A stretch of DNA of 64,000 nt from an uncultured Verrucomicrobiae bacterium (GTDB lineage Bacteria > Verrucomicrobiota > Verrucomicrobiia > Chthoniobacterales > UBA10450): the NCBI GenBank assembly GCA_963756875.1, contig CAVWPA010000003.1, positions 254,005 to 318,004 of the forward strand, written 5' to 3'. Position 1 is the stretch's first letter, and every line of letters begins with the position of its first letter. Below, one piece after another: positions 48,093-56,374 of the stretch. The notes beneath the pieces were generated by a model that saw nothing but the letters and a program-made list of their open reading frames with translations, ran no database searches and was not told the DNA's origin. The position numbers and the translations under genes were made by a program.

Positions 48093-49453
48093 GCTTGCCG
48101 GATCGACAACTGGTTTCTGGCGACACGATCGCCGCCATTTCCACCCCGCCGGGCGAAGGCGCCATCGCGCTCGTCCGAATTTCCGGCGCAAACGCAATCG
48201 ACGTCGCGGACAAAATTTTTCGAGGCAAAGAAAAGCCGTCGCAATTTGAGTCTCATGTCCAGCATCTTGGCGAGATTGTCGATGAAGGCGGACAGGCGGT
48301 TGATCGGGCGATGGTCTCGGTTCATCGCGCGCCGGCCAGTTATACGGGCGAGCAATTGGTCGAGGTCGGTTGCCATGGCGGTACACTGGTCAGCGCAAAA
48401 GTCATGGAGATATGCCTGCGCGCCGGAGCACGCAGTGCGCGGCCGGGTGAATTCACGGAACGCGCGTTTTTGAACGGAAAGATGGACCTCACCCAGGCCG
48501 AAGCAGTGATCGATTTGATTCGTGCCAAAACGGATCTCGCGTTGCGTTCGGCCACGGAACAACTCGAAGGGGTGCTTGGAGCGAAAATTGAGGAAATTCG
48601 CGACGCAATCGTTGATCTTGTCGCACAGGTCGAAGCATCAATCGATTTTCCGGAGGAAGGCATTGAGCCCGAGCAGGGTAAACAATTATCCGGGCGGCTT
48701 GGTTCGATTCGCGACGAGATCGACGGCCTGCTGGCCACGGCCGACCAGGGCCGGATCCTGCGCGAGGGTGTGCGCGTGGTGATTTACGGCGCCACCAACG
48801 CCGGCAAATCGAGTTTGCTAAACCGGCTGCTCGGCTATGAACGGGTCATTGTGAGCGAAACGCACGGGACCACCCGCGACACGATCGAAGAGACGCTGAA
48901 TCTCCGTGGCATACCGATCCGGTTGCTCGACACCGCCGGCTTGCGCAGGTCCAAAAGCAAACTGGAGCGCGCGGGAATCGCCCGCACTGAGAAATCGATA
49001 GAGCTTTCGGACTTGCGCCTGCACATCGCCGATCGTAGCGCCCCGAGGCCGCCGCGCTTCGGGAGCCGGAGTGAAAACGGCAGTGAAATCATGCTGCTGA
49101 ACAAGTGCGACCTGCCCGAACACAGCGATTGGAAAGGTCTCGACGCACTTCGCATTTCGTGCCAAACCGGCGAAGGAATAGCGGAGCTCGAAAAGGAAAT
49201 TCTCGCGCATATCACAAAACAGAACCTGCGGCCGGAGAGCGCGGTTGCGATCAACGTGCGCCATCGCGACTGCCTGCGACGGGCGCTGGAGGCTTGCGAC
49301 CGCGCGCGTACCGCCATGCGCGATGGGCTCGCCCCTGAGTACGTCGCGGTCGACCTGAAAGACGCGCTGCGCGCAGTAGGCGAGGTGATCGGCGCCGTGA
49401 ACGTCGAACAAATTCTCGATTCCGTTTTTGGCCAGTTTTGCATCGGCAAATGA
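48089..49453 (+). CDS. mnmE: tRNA modification GTPase MnmE (TrmE)
   Basis: DTIAAISTPPGEGAI, G1 motif GATNAGKSSLLN, C-terminal FCIGK. Start placed at TTG 48089 (TTGA overlap with the hisC stop). Confidence 0.92.
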   Translation: MSLPDRQLVSGDTIAAISTPPGEGAIALVRISGANAIDVADKIFRGKEKPSQFESHVQHLGEIVDEGGQAVDRAMVSVHRAPASYTGEQLVEVGCHGGTLVSAKVMEICLRAGARSARPGEFTERAFLNGKMDLTQAEAVIDLIRAKTDLALRSATEQLEGVLGAKIEEIRDAIVDLVAQVEASIDFPEEGIEPEQGKQLSGRLGSIRDEIDGLLATADQGRILREGVRVVIYGATNAGKSSLLNRLLGYERVIVSETHGTTRDTIEETLNLRGIPIRLLDTAGLRRSKSKLERAGIARTEKSIELSDLRLHIADRSAPRPPRFGSRSENGSEIMLLNKCDLPEHSDWKGLDALRISCQTGEGIAELEKEILAHITKQNLRPESAVAINVRHRDCLRRALEACDRARTAMRDGLAPEYVAVDLKDALRAVGEVIGAVNVEQILDSVFGQFCIGK

Positions 49454-50457
49454 ACAATGGATACGAGCGTTTCGTCAGGCCGCTCCTCTTTTCATTTGAT
49501 CCGGAGACGGCCCATCATTTGGCCATCGCATGCTTGCGCGGCGCGTCAGGTGTTGATCTTGCCCTGCGCGCGCTAAAAGTTTTTCAGCCCCCCGCGAAGC
49601 CGAAAGCGCTCTTCGGTCTCCAATTCCCGAACCCAATCGGCCTGGCGGCGGGTTTTGACAAGAACGGCGTCGCTTTGCCGGCGTGGGCCGCGCTTGGTTT
49701 CGGTTTCATCGAGGTCGGCACCGTCACTGCAAGACCGCAACCTGGGAACCCGAAGCCGCGCATTTTTCGGCTGCCGGAGCAGGCGAGTTTGATCAATCGG
49801 CTTGGATTCAACAATGACGGAGCGGACGTGGTCGCGCAGAGACTACACGAATTGCGCGAGAGCGGGCGCTGGCCGTCCGTTCCAGTCGGCATAAACATTG
49901 GGAAGTCGAAGGTGACGCCGCTGGAAACAGCTGCCGAGGATTACGTTTATTCGTTTCGACGGCTTCATCCGCTGGCCGACTATATTGCACTGAACATCAG
50001 CTCGCCGAACACGCCCGGATTGCGCGCGCTCCAGGCCCGCGAGCCGCTGTCGATTTTGCTCGGGGCCCTGCGCGAAGAGAACCGCGCGGCAAAGAAACCA
50101 CTGATCGTGAAGATCGCCCCCGATCTTTTGCCTAACGAGCTGGAGGAAATTCTGGCGATCTGCGAGCAGAACGAAATCGCGGGAATTATTGCGACGAACA
50201 CAACGCTCGATCACTCCTCGGTCCCACCGGCGCGCAATCAGGAAGGCGGTTTGAGCGGCCGGCTGCTTCGAGACAAAGCGACTGCGCTGGTGCGCCAGAT
50301 CACGGCGCGGTCCCGTATTCCAGTAATTGCGTCGGGCGGGATTTGCGACGCAGCATCCGCGCGAGAAAAGATCGAAGCGGGGGCGCAGCTTCTTCAAATC
50401 TACACCGGCTACGTTTACCGCGGCCCAGGATTGCTGCGTGAAATACTGGCGGAATAG
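49450..50457 (+). CDS. pyrD: dihydroorotate dehydrogenase (quinone), class 2
   Basis: Start moved to MNNGYERF (ATGA overlap with mnmE). GFIEVGTVT, NISSPNTPGLR and IASGGI motifs. Confidence 0.93.
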   Translation: MNNGYERFVRPLLFSFDPETAHHLAIACLRGASGVDLALRALKVFQPPAKPKALFGLQFPNPIGLAAGFDKNGVALPAWAALGFGFIEVGTVTARPQPGNPKPRIFRLPEQASLINRLGFNNDGADVVAQRLHELRESGRWPSVPVGINIGKSKVTPLETAAEDYVYSFRRLHPLADYIALNISSPNTPGLRALQAREPLSILLGALREENRAAKKPLIVKIAPDLLPNELEEILAICEQNEIAGIIATNTTLDHSSVPPARNQEGGLSGRLLRDKATALVRQITARSRIPVIASGGICDAASAREKIEAGAQLLQIYTGYVYRGPGLLREILAE

Positions 50458-50520
50458 CGCGCAGGCGTTTTGCGTCCGGCAACCTTGCAACCGCGTTTCG
50501 AGCGCGGCGCAGCCAGAACG

Positions 50521-50949
50521 TTATTGGGCTGAAGGCGAGGGAGATGCCTCTGGCGCAGGAGGGCGCGGTCCACGGGCGCGTCGGAACCAACGGCGGTGGC
50601 GGGCGTCGATCTTCTCCAACCTCGCGCGCTGCTCCGGCGTAAGGTCGGCCGAGATTTCCCGATGCGCCTCGGCGAAGGTTTCGTGCACGCGTTTGCCGGT
50701 CTCCGCCCGGATCTGATCGAGCTGTGCCGCGGTCTTGTCGATAATCGGTGAGATCTTTGCAAGCTGGTCGTCACTCAAAAGGAGTTCCACGCGAAGCCGG
50801 TTACGAATTCGGTCCCGCATCGCGCTGCGATACGGTCCGAAGAACAAATGGTGCGCGAAGGAGGCGCCAACAAACACGCCTGTCATTCCTCCGGCCAGGA
50901 ATACAACCACGAAGCCGACTATTAATTTCCATTTGAGCGCGCGGTTCAT
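50521..50949 (-). CDS. periplasmic LTXXQ-motif protein (Spy/CpxP/ZraP-like), membrane anchored
   Basis: 142 aa. TM helix, then LSDDQLAKISPI and LTPEQRARLEKI motifs. Confidence 0.7.
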   Translation of the reverse strand: MNRALKWKLIVGFVVVFLAGGMTGVFVGASFAHHLFFGPYRSAMRDRIRNRLRVELLLSDDQLAKISPIIDKTAAQLDQIRAETGKRVHETFAEAHREISADLTPEQRARLEKIDARHRRWFRRARGPRPPAPEASPSPSAQ

Positions 50950-51248
50950 TGTCCAACCTCGTCTTGAATCGCTGAATCTGCGATGGCGAATTCGTTGGCG
51001 AACGGCCCGTTGACGTCGCGGCTCTCATTGATCACGCGATATGCGCCGGCGGTTGCGATCACGATTACGGCTGCGGCAATGAGCGAAACCCGACGTACCA
51101 GCTGGCTGAGGCCTCGGGCCGTGCCGTTTCCATTCGCGCGCCAAAGCGCCACCACCCGGGTGTCGAATCCGAACGGTGCTTCAATCGGCGCATCGTCCTT
51201 CGCTCCGGCTGCGGAATGCAGTAAGCGATCCAGATCGGAATCCCTCAT
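50946..51248 (-). CDS. putative single-pass anti-sigma/accessory protein
   Basis: 100 aa with one TM helix (VSLIAAAVIVIATAGAY) and 4-nt overlaps with both neighbours. The call rests on position only. Confidence 0.4.
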   Translation of the reverse strand: MRDSDLDRLLHSAAGAKDDAPIEAPFGFDTRVVALWRANGNGTARGLSQLVRRVSLIAAAVIVIATAGAYRVINESRDVNGPFANEFAIADSAIQDEVGQ

Positions 51249-51829
51249 AAATAATCTCCTTTGGCTGAAATTTTGTCGAAATGTCGCTTCATTTTCTGGC
51301 GGGCTCGGAACGCGCGCACTTTAATTAAAGAAGTGCTCCATCCGGTGACCTTTCGAATTTCCTCGACCGAGCGGCCTTGCAAGTAGAGCAAATCAATCAC
51401 CAGGCGTTCGACCGGTTTAAGCAAGCCAAGAAGATGTTCGACCAGCTGGCGTGACGCAAAGCTCTTGTCCGGCGCGAGTTCCTCGGCGGACGCCGCGAGG
51501 TTCTCTACCACCGCCTGTTCTTCTTCGCTTAAATCGGCGTGGCGTAACTCGGGTCGCGCCTTCTCGGCGGCGATTTGGTTGAGACAGGTATTGATGGCAA
51601 TCCGTGAAACCCAGTGTTCGAGCGGCACCTTGCCGGAAAACTGAGATAACTTTTGAAATACTCGGATAAAAATCATCTGGGAGAGGTCCTCTTCAGAAGT
51701 TCGCCGCGGCCGGTGAGAGCGCACCATTTTCGTGACCAGGGGGTAAAGCTGGCGAACCAGTTTGCGAGCGGCATCGTCATCATGCGCGAGCGCAGCCTGG
51801 ACCAGCGCGCGTGCATCAGAATCATCCAT
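51245..51829 (-). CDS. ECF-type RNA polymerase sigma-70 family factor
   Basis: 194 aa. Region 2 (EEDLSQMIFIRVFQKL..W) and region 4 HTH (GRSVEEIRKVTGWSTSLIKVRAFRARQKMK). Confidence 0.88.
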   Translation of the reverse strand: MDDSDARALVQAALAHDDDAARKLVRQLYPLVTKMVRSHRPRRTSEEDLSQMIFIRVFQKLSQFSGKVPLEHWVSRIAINTCLNQIAAEKARPELRHADLSEEEQAVVENLAASAEELAPDKSFASRQLVEHLLGLLKPVERLVIDLLYLQGRSVEEIRKVTGWSTSLIKVRAFRARQKMKRHFDKISAKGDYL

Positions 51830-51860
51830 GTAGTCGAGATCGCATCCACACTACTAGCAA

Positions 51861-51889
51861 AGACTTGTACACGTGCTTTCCGGTTACAA
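51861..51889 (-). promoter_or_regulatory. candidate ECF-type promoter of the sigma operon
   Basis: Minus strand TTGTAACC-N17-GTCT, about 30 nt upstream of the sigma start. The same -35/-10/spacing occurs at 52001-52029. Confidence 0.5.
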
Positions 51890-51920
51890 GATTATTAGCG
51901 TCTTGGCATGAAGTTATAGA

Positions 51921-51948
51921 GGCGCTCGCCGCAGCGAGCGCCTTTTTA
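51921..51948 (+). terminator. orphan terminator-like hairpin (GC stem plus T5) in a divergent promoter region
   Basis: GGCGCTCG ccgcag CGAGCGCC TTTTT. There is no plus-strand gene upstream of it. Confidence 0.4.
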
Positions 51949-51956
51949 TCGATTCG

Positions 51957-51979
51957 GCGTTTGACACGAACGCCCTACA
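51957..51979 (-). repeat. GTAG-headed REP-like hairpin (R5)
   Basis: The reverse complement reads TGTAG GGCGTT cgtgtca AACGCC. The stem is nearly identical to R7. Confidence 0.45.
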
Positions 51980-52000
51980 GCAGCGCGGCAAAAGAAAAAT

Positions 52001-52029
52001 TTGTAACCGCGCGCCACAGCGCCCGGTCA
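52001..52029 (+). promoter_or_regulatory. candidate ECF-type promoter of the divergent LTXXQ gene
   Basis: TTGTAACC-N17-GTCA, about 60 nt upstream of ATG 52089. Confidence 0.5.
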
Positions 52030-52088
52030 CCAACTTTGAAACGGGCGCAATAGAGCGCTCAAACAACGAAGGGTAAAACAAACTAATT

Positions 52089-52475
52089 ATGAAACGAAAC
52101 TTACTTACATTTGCCGCCGTCGGCGTAATCGCACTGGGCGGCTTCGCAATTGCTCAGGCTGAAGGCGGTCCGGGCCGGTCGCATGGCCACGGCGGCCACG
52201 GCCACGGATTTGCTACCGAGCATCTGACCAAGGCGCTGAACCTTACCTCGGATCAGCAGGCCAAGGTGCAACCGATCATCGATAAGGCGCGGCCACAGAT
52301 GGTCGCGATTCATAAGGACGCGATGCAGAAGATGCAGACGGTGATGGATAACAGCATGTCGCAAATCCGGCCGCTGCTTAATTCGGAGCAGCAGAAGAAA
52401 TTCGACGCGCTGCAAAAGGCCCGCCAGGACCTGCGCAGCGCCCGGCAGGAGCTTCAGAACGCCATGGCGGAATAG
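52089..52475 (+). CDS. secreted LTXXQ-motif protein (Spy/CpxP-like) with His/Gly-rich segment
   Basis: 128 aa. Signal peptide, GRSHGHGGHGHGF, LTSDQQAKVQPI and LNSEQQKKFDAL. Confidence 0.75.
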   Translation: MKRNLLTFAAVGVIALGGFAIAQAEGGPGRSHGHGGHGHGFATEHLTKALNLTSDQQAKVQPIIDKARPQMVAIHKDAMQKMQTVMDNSMSQIRPLLNSEQQKKFDALQKARQDLRSARQELQNAMAE

Positions 52476-52485
52476 CCAGACTCGT

Positions 52486-52791
52486 TCAGGGTAAACAGGG
52501 TGGAGCGGCGGCGATTCGGAAACGGTCGCCGCCGTTTCTTTCAGCGGTGGCGCTCGGTAGAGTGCCTGCAGCAGCGACCATGCGGCGCGCTATGCTTTCT
52601 TGAAGAACGAAACCACCAGGAAAATCACGCCGAAGGAAGGCCAGCACCGCGGCGGCAACGAAGAAGGTTGTAGAAATTTCGATGCGTCCGTGAAAATCCG
52701 ATTTCGAGTGCGCCGCAAACCCAAGCAGGGTCGATAGCAACGCCAGGCTAAACAAAATTACGCTGATCCCTTTCTGGTCGTCGGCTTTCAT
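52486..52791 (-). CDS. hypothetical small membrane protein (extent doubtful)
   Basis: 101-aa ORF with two hydrophobic helices in the first 60 aa. Its 3' third overlaps the terminator of the convergent gene. Confidence 0.3.
   Translation of the reverse strand: MKADDQKGISVILFSLALLSTLLGFAAHSKSDFHGRIEISTTFFVAAAVLAFLRRDFPGGFVLQESIARRMVAAAGTLPSATAERNGGDRFRIAAAPPCLP
52507..52542 (+). terminator. Rho-independent terminator of the 52089..52475 gene
   Basis: GGCGGCGA ttcggaaacgg TCGCCGCC GTTTCTTTC. Confidence 0.7.
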
Positions 52792-53018
52792 TTACACAAT
52801 CTTGCGCGCTATTGCATCCACGATACAGACAAAATTTCAAGCTATAAACAAGTCAACAAGGCCGTCATCGCAATCGACCTTATCGCGACCGTCCCAACGC
52901 AGGCGCGCGAGAAAATCAGAACGCGCTTGCCGCACCATGTCTCGCGTGAACAAGAACGATCGCGAGCGCAGGAACGTCTTAACGAGGTCACGAAACCCAA
53001 TTTTTGGCACAACTCGGA

Positions 53019-54011
53019 TTAACCGCGAAACACATCAGAAAACAAACCCGCAAGAAACTGGTTGCGCTGCGCCTTCGGTTCGCTCTCAACTTTGAGCCCG
53101 AGTTCGCGTAATAATGTCAGATCGGTGTCTGCTGCCGGATTTTGCGCCGTCAGCAGTTTGTCGCCAAAGAAAATGGAATTGGCTCCGGCAAAGAAACACA
53201 AAGCCTGGCCCTCCCGCGAAATGCGGGTGCGTCCGGCGGCCAGCCGCACGCGCGATTTCGGCAAGGCAATCCGCGCCAGGGCGATCAGCCTGACCAGCTC
53301 GAAAATATCGACCGGCGGCTGATCTTCCAACGGGGTCCCCGGCATCGCCATCAGACAATTGATCGGCACGCTTTGCGGCTGGGGATCGAATTCGCTCAAG
53401 ACCTCGATCATCCGCAAACGATCGGCAACCGATTCGCCCATGCCGATGATTCCGCCCGAACAAACCGACATGCCGCTTTTCTGCACGGCAGCGATCGTGT
53501 CCAGGCGGTCCTGGAACGCATGAGTGCTTACAATCCGGGGATAAAACTCCGGCGACGTGTCGATATTGTGATTGTAAGCGGTGACACCGGCTGTTTTCAG
53601 CGCCCGCGCTTCCGCCGGTCCGATCTCACCGAGGGTGACGCACACCTCCATTCCCAAAGCGCCGACCTCGCGGACGATTTCCAGGACGCGCTCAAATTTT
53701 TCGGTTCCTTCGCGCACCCCGCGCCAGGCTGCTCCCATGCAAAAGCGTGTTGCCCCCTGGGCGCGCGCACGTTTGGCAATCTTGAGGACCTCTGTGGTGG
53801 ACAATAATTCTTCGCGCTCCAAGCCGGTATGATAACGCCCGGACTGTGCGCAGTACGTGCAATCTTCGCTGCATCCGCCGGTCTTGATGCTGAGCAAACT
53901 GCACCGCTGCACTTCTTCACCCTGCCAATGCTCGAGGTGAATCTCCCGGCTTTGCGAGATCAGGTCGAAGAGCGGTTGATGGTAAAGGCTTTTGAGTTGT
54001 TCGAACTTCAT
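53019..54011 (-). CDS. bioB: biotin synthase
   Basis: 330 aa. Radical-SAM CSEDCTYC motif and a BioB-type C-terminal half. Confidence 0.93.
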   Translation of the reverse strand: MKFEQLKSLYHQPLFDLISQSREIHLEHWQGEEVQRCSLLSIKTGGCSEDCTYCAQSGRYHTGLEREELLSTTEVLKIAKRARAQGATRFCMGAAWRGVREGTEKFERVLEIVREVGALGMEVCVTLGEIGPAEARALKTAGVTAYNHNIDTSPEFYPRIVSTHAFQDRLDTIAAVQKSGMSVCSGGIIGMGESVADRLRMIEVLSEFDPQPQSVPINCLMAMPGTPLEDQPPVDIFELVRLIALARIALPKSRVRLAAGRTRISREGQALCFFAGANSIFFGDKLLTAQNPAADTDLTLLRELGLKVESEPKAQRNQFLAGLFSDVFRG

Positions 54012-54105
54012 CGCGTATGTGATCGCGATGTTAAATCGGAAACGGGAATTCAGCTACAGATTAAGTCGATTTTTGTGTGCGGCGGATCAATCCGCACTGT
54101 TCCGT

Positions 54106-54206
54106 CCGCGAATCACGCTAATTGACGTGAATAAAGGAAAGGGGCGTTCTCTTCAGGCACGGCATCTGGCCAGTCGTGAAACCGCGTTCATTTGCGTGAT
54201 TCGCGG
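54106..54206. repeat. 13-bp perfect inverted repeat separated by 75 nt, upstream of bioB
   Basis: CCGCGAATCACGC (54106-54118) pairs with GCGTGATTCGCGG (54194-54206). Confidence 0.5.
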
Positions 54207-54256
54207 GCTGAACTTCGGTTGCGGCGGAGGCGCGCCGGCTGATCCGCGGGTCGGAA

Positions 54257-54955
54257 TCAATAAACCCACTTGCCGTTCGCGGACGTGAGAATCGGCAATT
54301 CCTCCATCATGAACTGCGTCTTGCCGATTGCGCCGATCATGTGCGTGCGTGTGGCGTCATACCATTTCTTGGACATCTCTTCACCGGTATGGCAACCCCA
54401 GCTTTTGACGTACGCGTCCCGGGAAAAATCGCGCGGCAGAATCCTGAACAAATCGTTCTCGTGCAGCCACGATTTTGACGCACTGTCGAGCACGTTGCTG
54501 TAATCGAACATGAAGCAAGCGCGGTTCGAGTGACCGAAATACTCGAACCCGATAATCTTCACCTGGTTTCGCGGACGGCCCTCGTTCAGATAATTGATAA
54601 CGTCGGATCCGCTGTGAAAATAAATCAGATTGAGATGATATTTGTCGGCCACGGAATTAATCAGGCTGATTAAATCCTGGTGCTCCTGCTGGGCACGGTC
54701 GAGGTAGCCCTGCTTGTAAACGAGCCAGGTAATCAAAGCGTCGGGCCCCAGCTGGGCGCGGAGTTGCTCGGTGCGCAAACGCGCGGCGTGGATAAAGTTG
54801 GCCCACCAATGATCGTGCGGATAGACCTTGTACTTTTCCCATTCGTGCATGGAAGGTCCGCCCACGACGATCACCCATTCGCCCCTTTTCGCGGCGTCCA
54901 CCCTTGAAACCATGGCCAGGATCGCCACCAACCAGATCAGTACCCCTCGTTTCAT
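54257..54955 (-). CDS. secreted hypothetical protein
   Basis: Start moved to MKRGVLIWLVAILAMVSRVDA (ATG 54955). Motifs FEYFGHSNRACFMFDY and SWGCHTGE. I recognise no family. Confidence 0.6.
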   Translation of the reverse strand: MKRGVLIWLVAILAMVSRVDAAKRGEWVIVVGGPSMHEWEKYKVYPHDHWWANFIHAARLRTEQLRAQLGPDALITWLVYKQGYLDRAQQEHQDLISLINSVADKYHLNLIYFHSGSDVINYLNEGRPRNQVKIIGFEYFGHSNRACFMFDYSNVLDSASKSWLHENDLFRILPRDFSRDAYVKSWGCHTGEEMSKKWYDATRTHMIGAIGKTQFMMEELPILTSANGKWVY

Positions 54956-55026
54956 GAATTTTGGCAGATCTTTATTTATGCGGAACGCGAAGCTGCGCAA
55001 GTAAGGGGGCAGCGTCAGGTCCTGGC

Positions 55027-56350
55027 CTACAGCCAATTCGGCTCGATTTCGCCGCGCACCAAGTCCTCCAACGGCTGCCGTTTTCTAATCAGCGCAAACT
55101 GATCACCCTGGACGAGTACTTCCGCCGGCAGAGGTCGCGAATTGTAGTTCGACGCCATCGCAAAACCGTATGCCCCCGTGCTCATCACGCTGAGCAGATC
55201 CCCTGCGCGGAGCGGCGGCATTTCGCGATCGAGTCCAAGAAAATCGCCCGACTCGCAAACCGGCCCGACAACGTCGATTCGCTCCTTATTCTTACCGGGG
55301 CTCTCACTCCTGCGCGGTTCTTCGACCGGCACAATCTCGTGATAGCTGCGATAAAGCGCCGGACGAATCAGATCGTTCATGCCCGCGTCCACAATCGCGA
55401 ATCGCTTTTCTTCAGTTTGCTTTATGTAACGAACGCGGGTGAGCAACACGCCGGCGTTGCCGACGAGGAGCCGGCCTGGTTCCAGCAAGATCCGCAGATC
55501 CAACTCGCGCAACGGGGGCAAAATCGCATCGACATATTGGTTGATCGACAAACTCCTGCTCGTGCTGGTCATCGGTACTCGCATCCCACCATTCGCGCGC
55601 TCCGCTTTCGAATGACGATTCGTAAACAATGCCGATCCCGCCGCCGATGCTGAAGAATTTGATCCCACGTTTTGCTTTCAACTCGCGGACCAGTGGCGCC
55701 ACTTTTTGGATCGCGTCCACGAAAGGCTGCGCCTCGGTAATCTGCGAACCAATGTGCATCTGCGCGCCAACGATCTCCACGTGGCGCATTTTCGCGGCCC
55801 GATCGTAAACTGCGCCAGCACGTTCGAGCGCGATGCCGAACTTATTCTCGTGCGAACCGGTCGAGATGTATTCGTGCGTGTGCGGATCGACATCGGGATT
55901 CACTCGCAAAGCGATCGGCGCGCGCGCGTGTTTGTTCGCCGCGATCTGATCGATGTAATCGAGCTCGGCCTCGCTCTCGACGTTAAAACTGTAGACCCCC
56001 ATGTCGAGCGCGGTCTCGATTTCTTCGCGCGATTTACCGACACCAGCAAACGTGCATTTGGCCGGATCGCCCCCGGCGGCTCTGACACGGAGGAGCTCGC
56101 CGCCGGAAACGATATCGAACCCCGCACCGCGTTCCGCAAGCAGCTTCAGGATCGCGCGATTGGAATTCGCTTTGACCGCGTAGCAAATCAGGTGATCCAG
56201 CGGCGCCAGCGCGGCATCAAGTCGGCGATAGTGATCGAGAATCGTCCCCGCACTGTAAACATAGAGGGGCGTTCCGAATTTTTCGGCTACTCGCGCCAGA
56301 TCGACATTTTCACAACGCAGCTGGCCGTCGTGGTAATGAAAAAAATGCAC
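55027..56350 (-). pseudogene. lysA: diaminopimelate decarboxylase with an apparent +1 frameshift at about 55550
   Basis: The N-terminal 266 codons are track ORF 55412..56350 (..YAVKAN.., GGGIGIVY). The C-terminal part from LSINQYVDAI..EPGR..CESGD.. is track ORF 55027..55668. An extra T in the TTT run at 55550-55552 would restore QE-LSINQY. Confidence 0.85.
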
Positions 56351-56374
56351 GATGAAGTGTAACCCTACACTTGG

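Noticed and set aside
52802-53095. 97-aa plus-strand ORF, and a 33-codon minus-strand ORF in the bioB-downstream gap
   Set aside because: The translations are basic and low-complexity. There is no ribosome-binding site or motif, and the 97-aa ORF overlaps the bioB 3' end.
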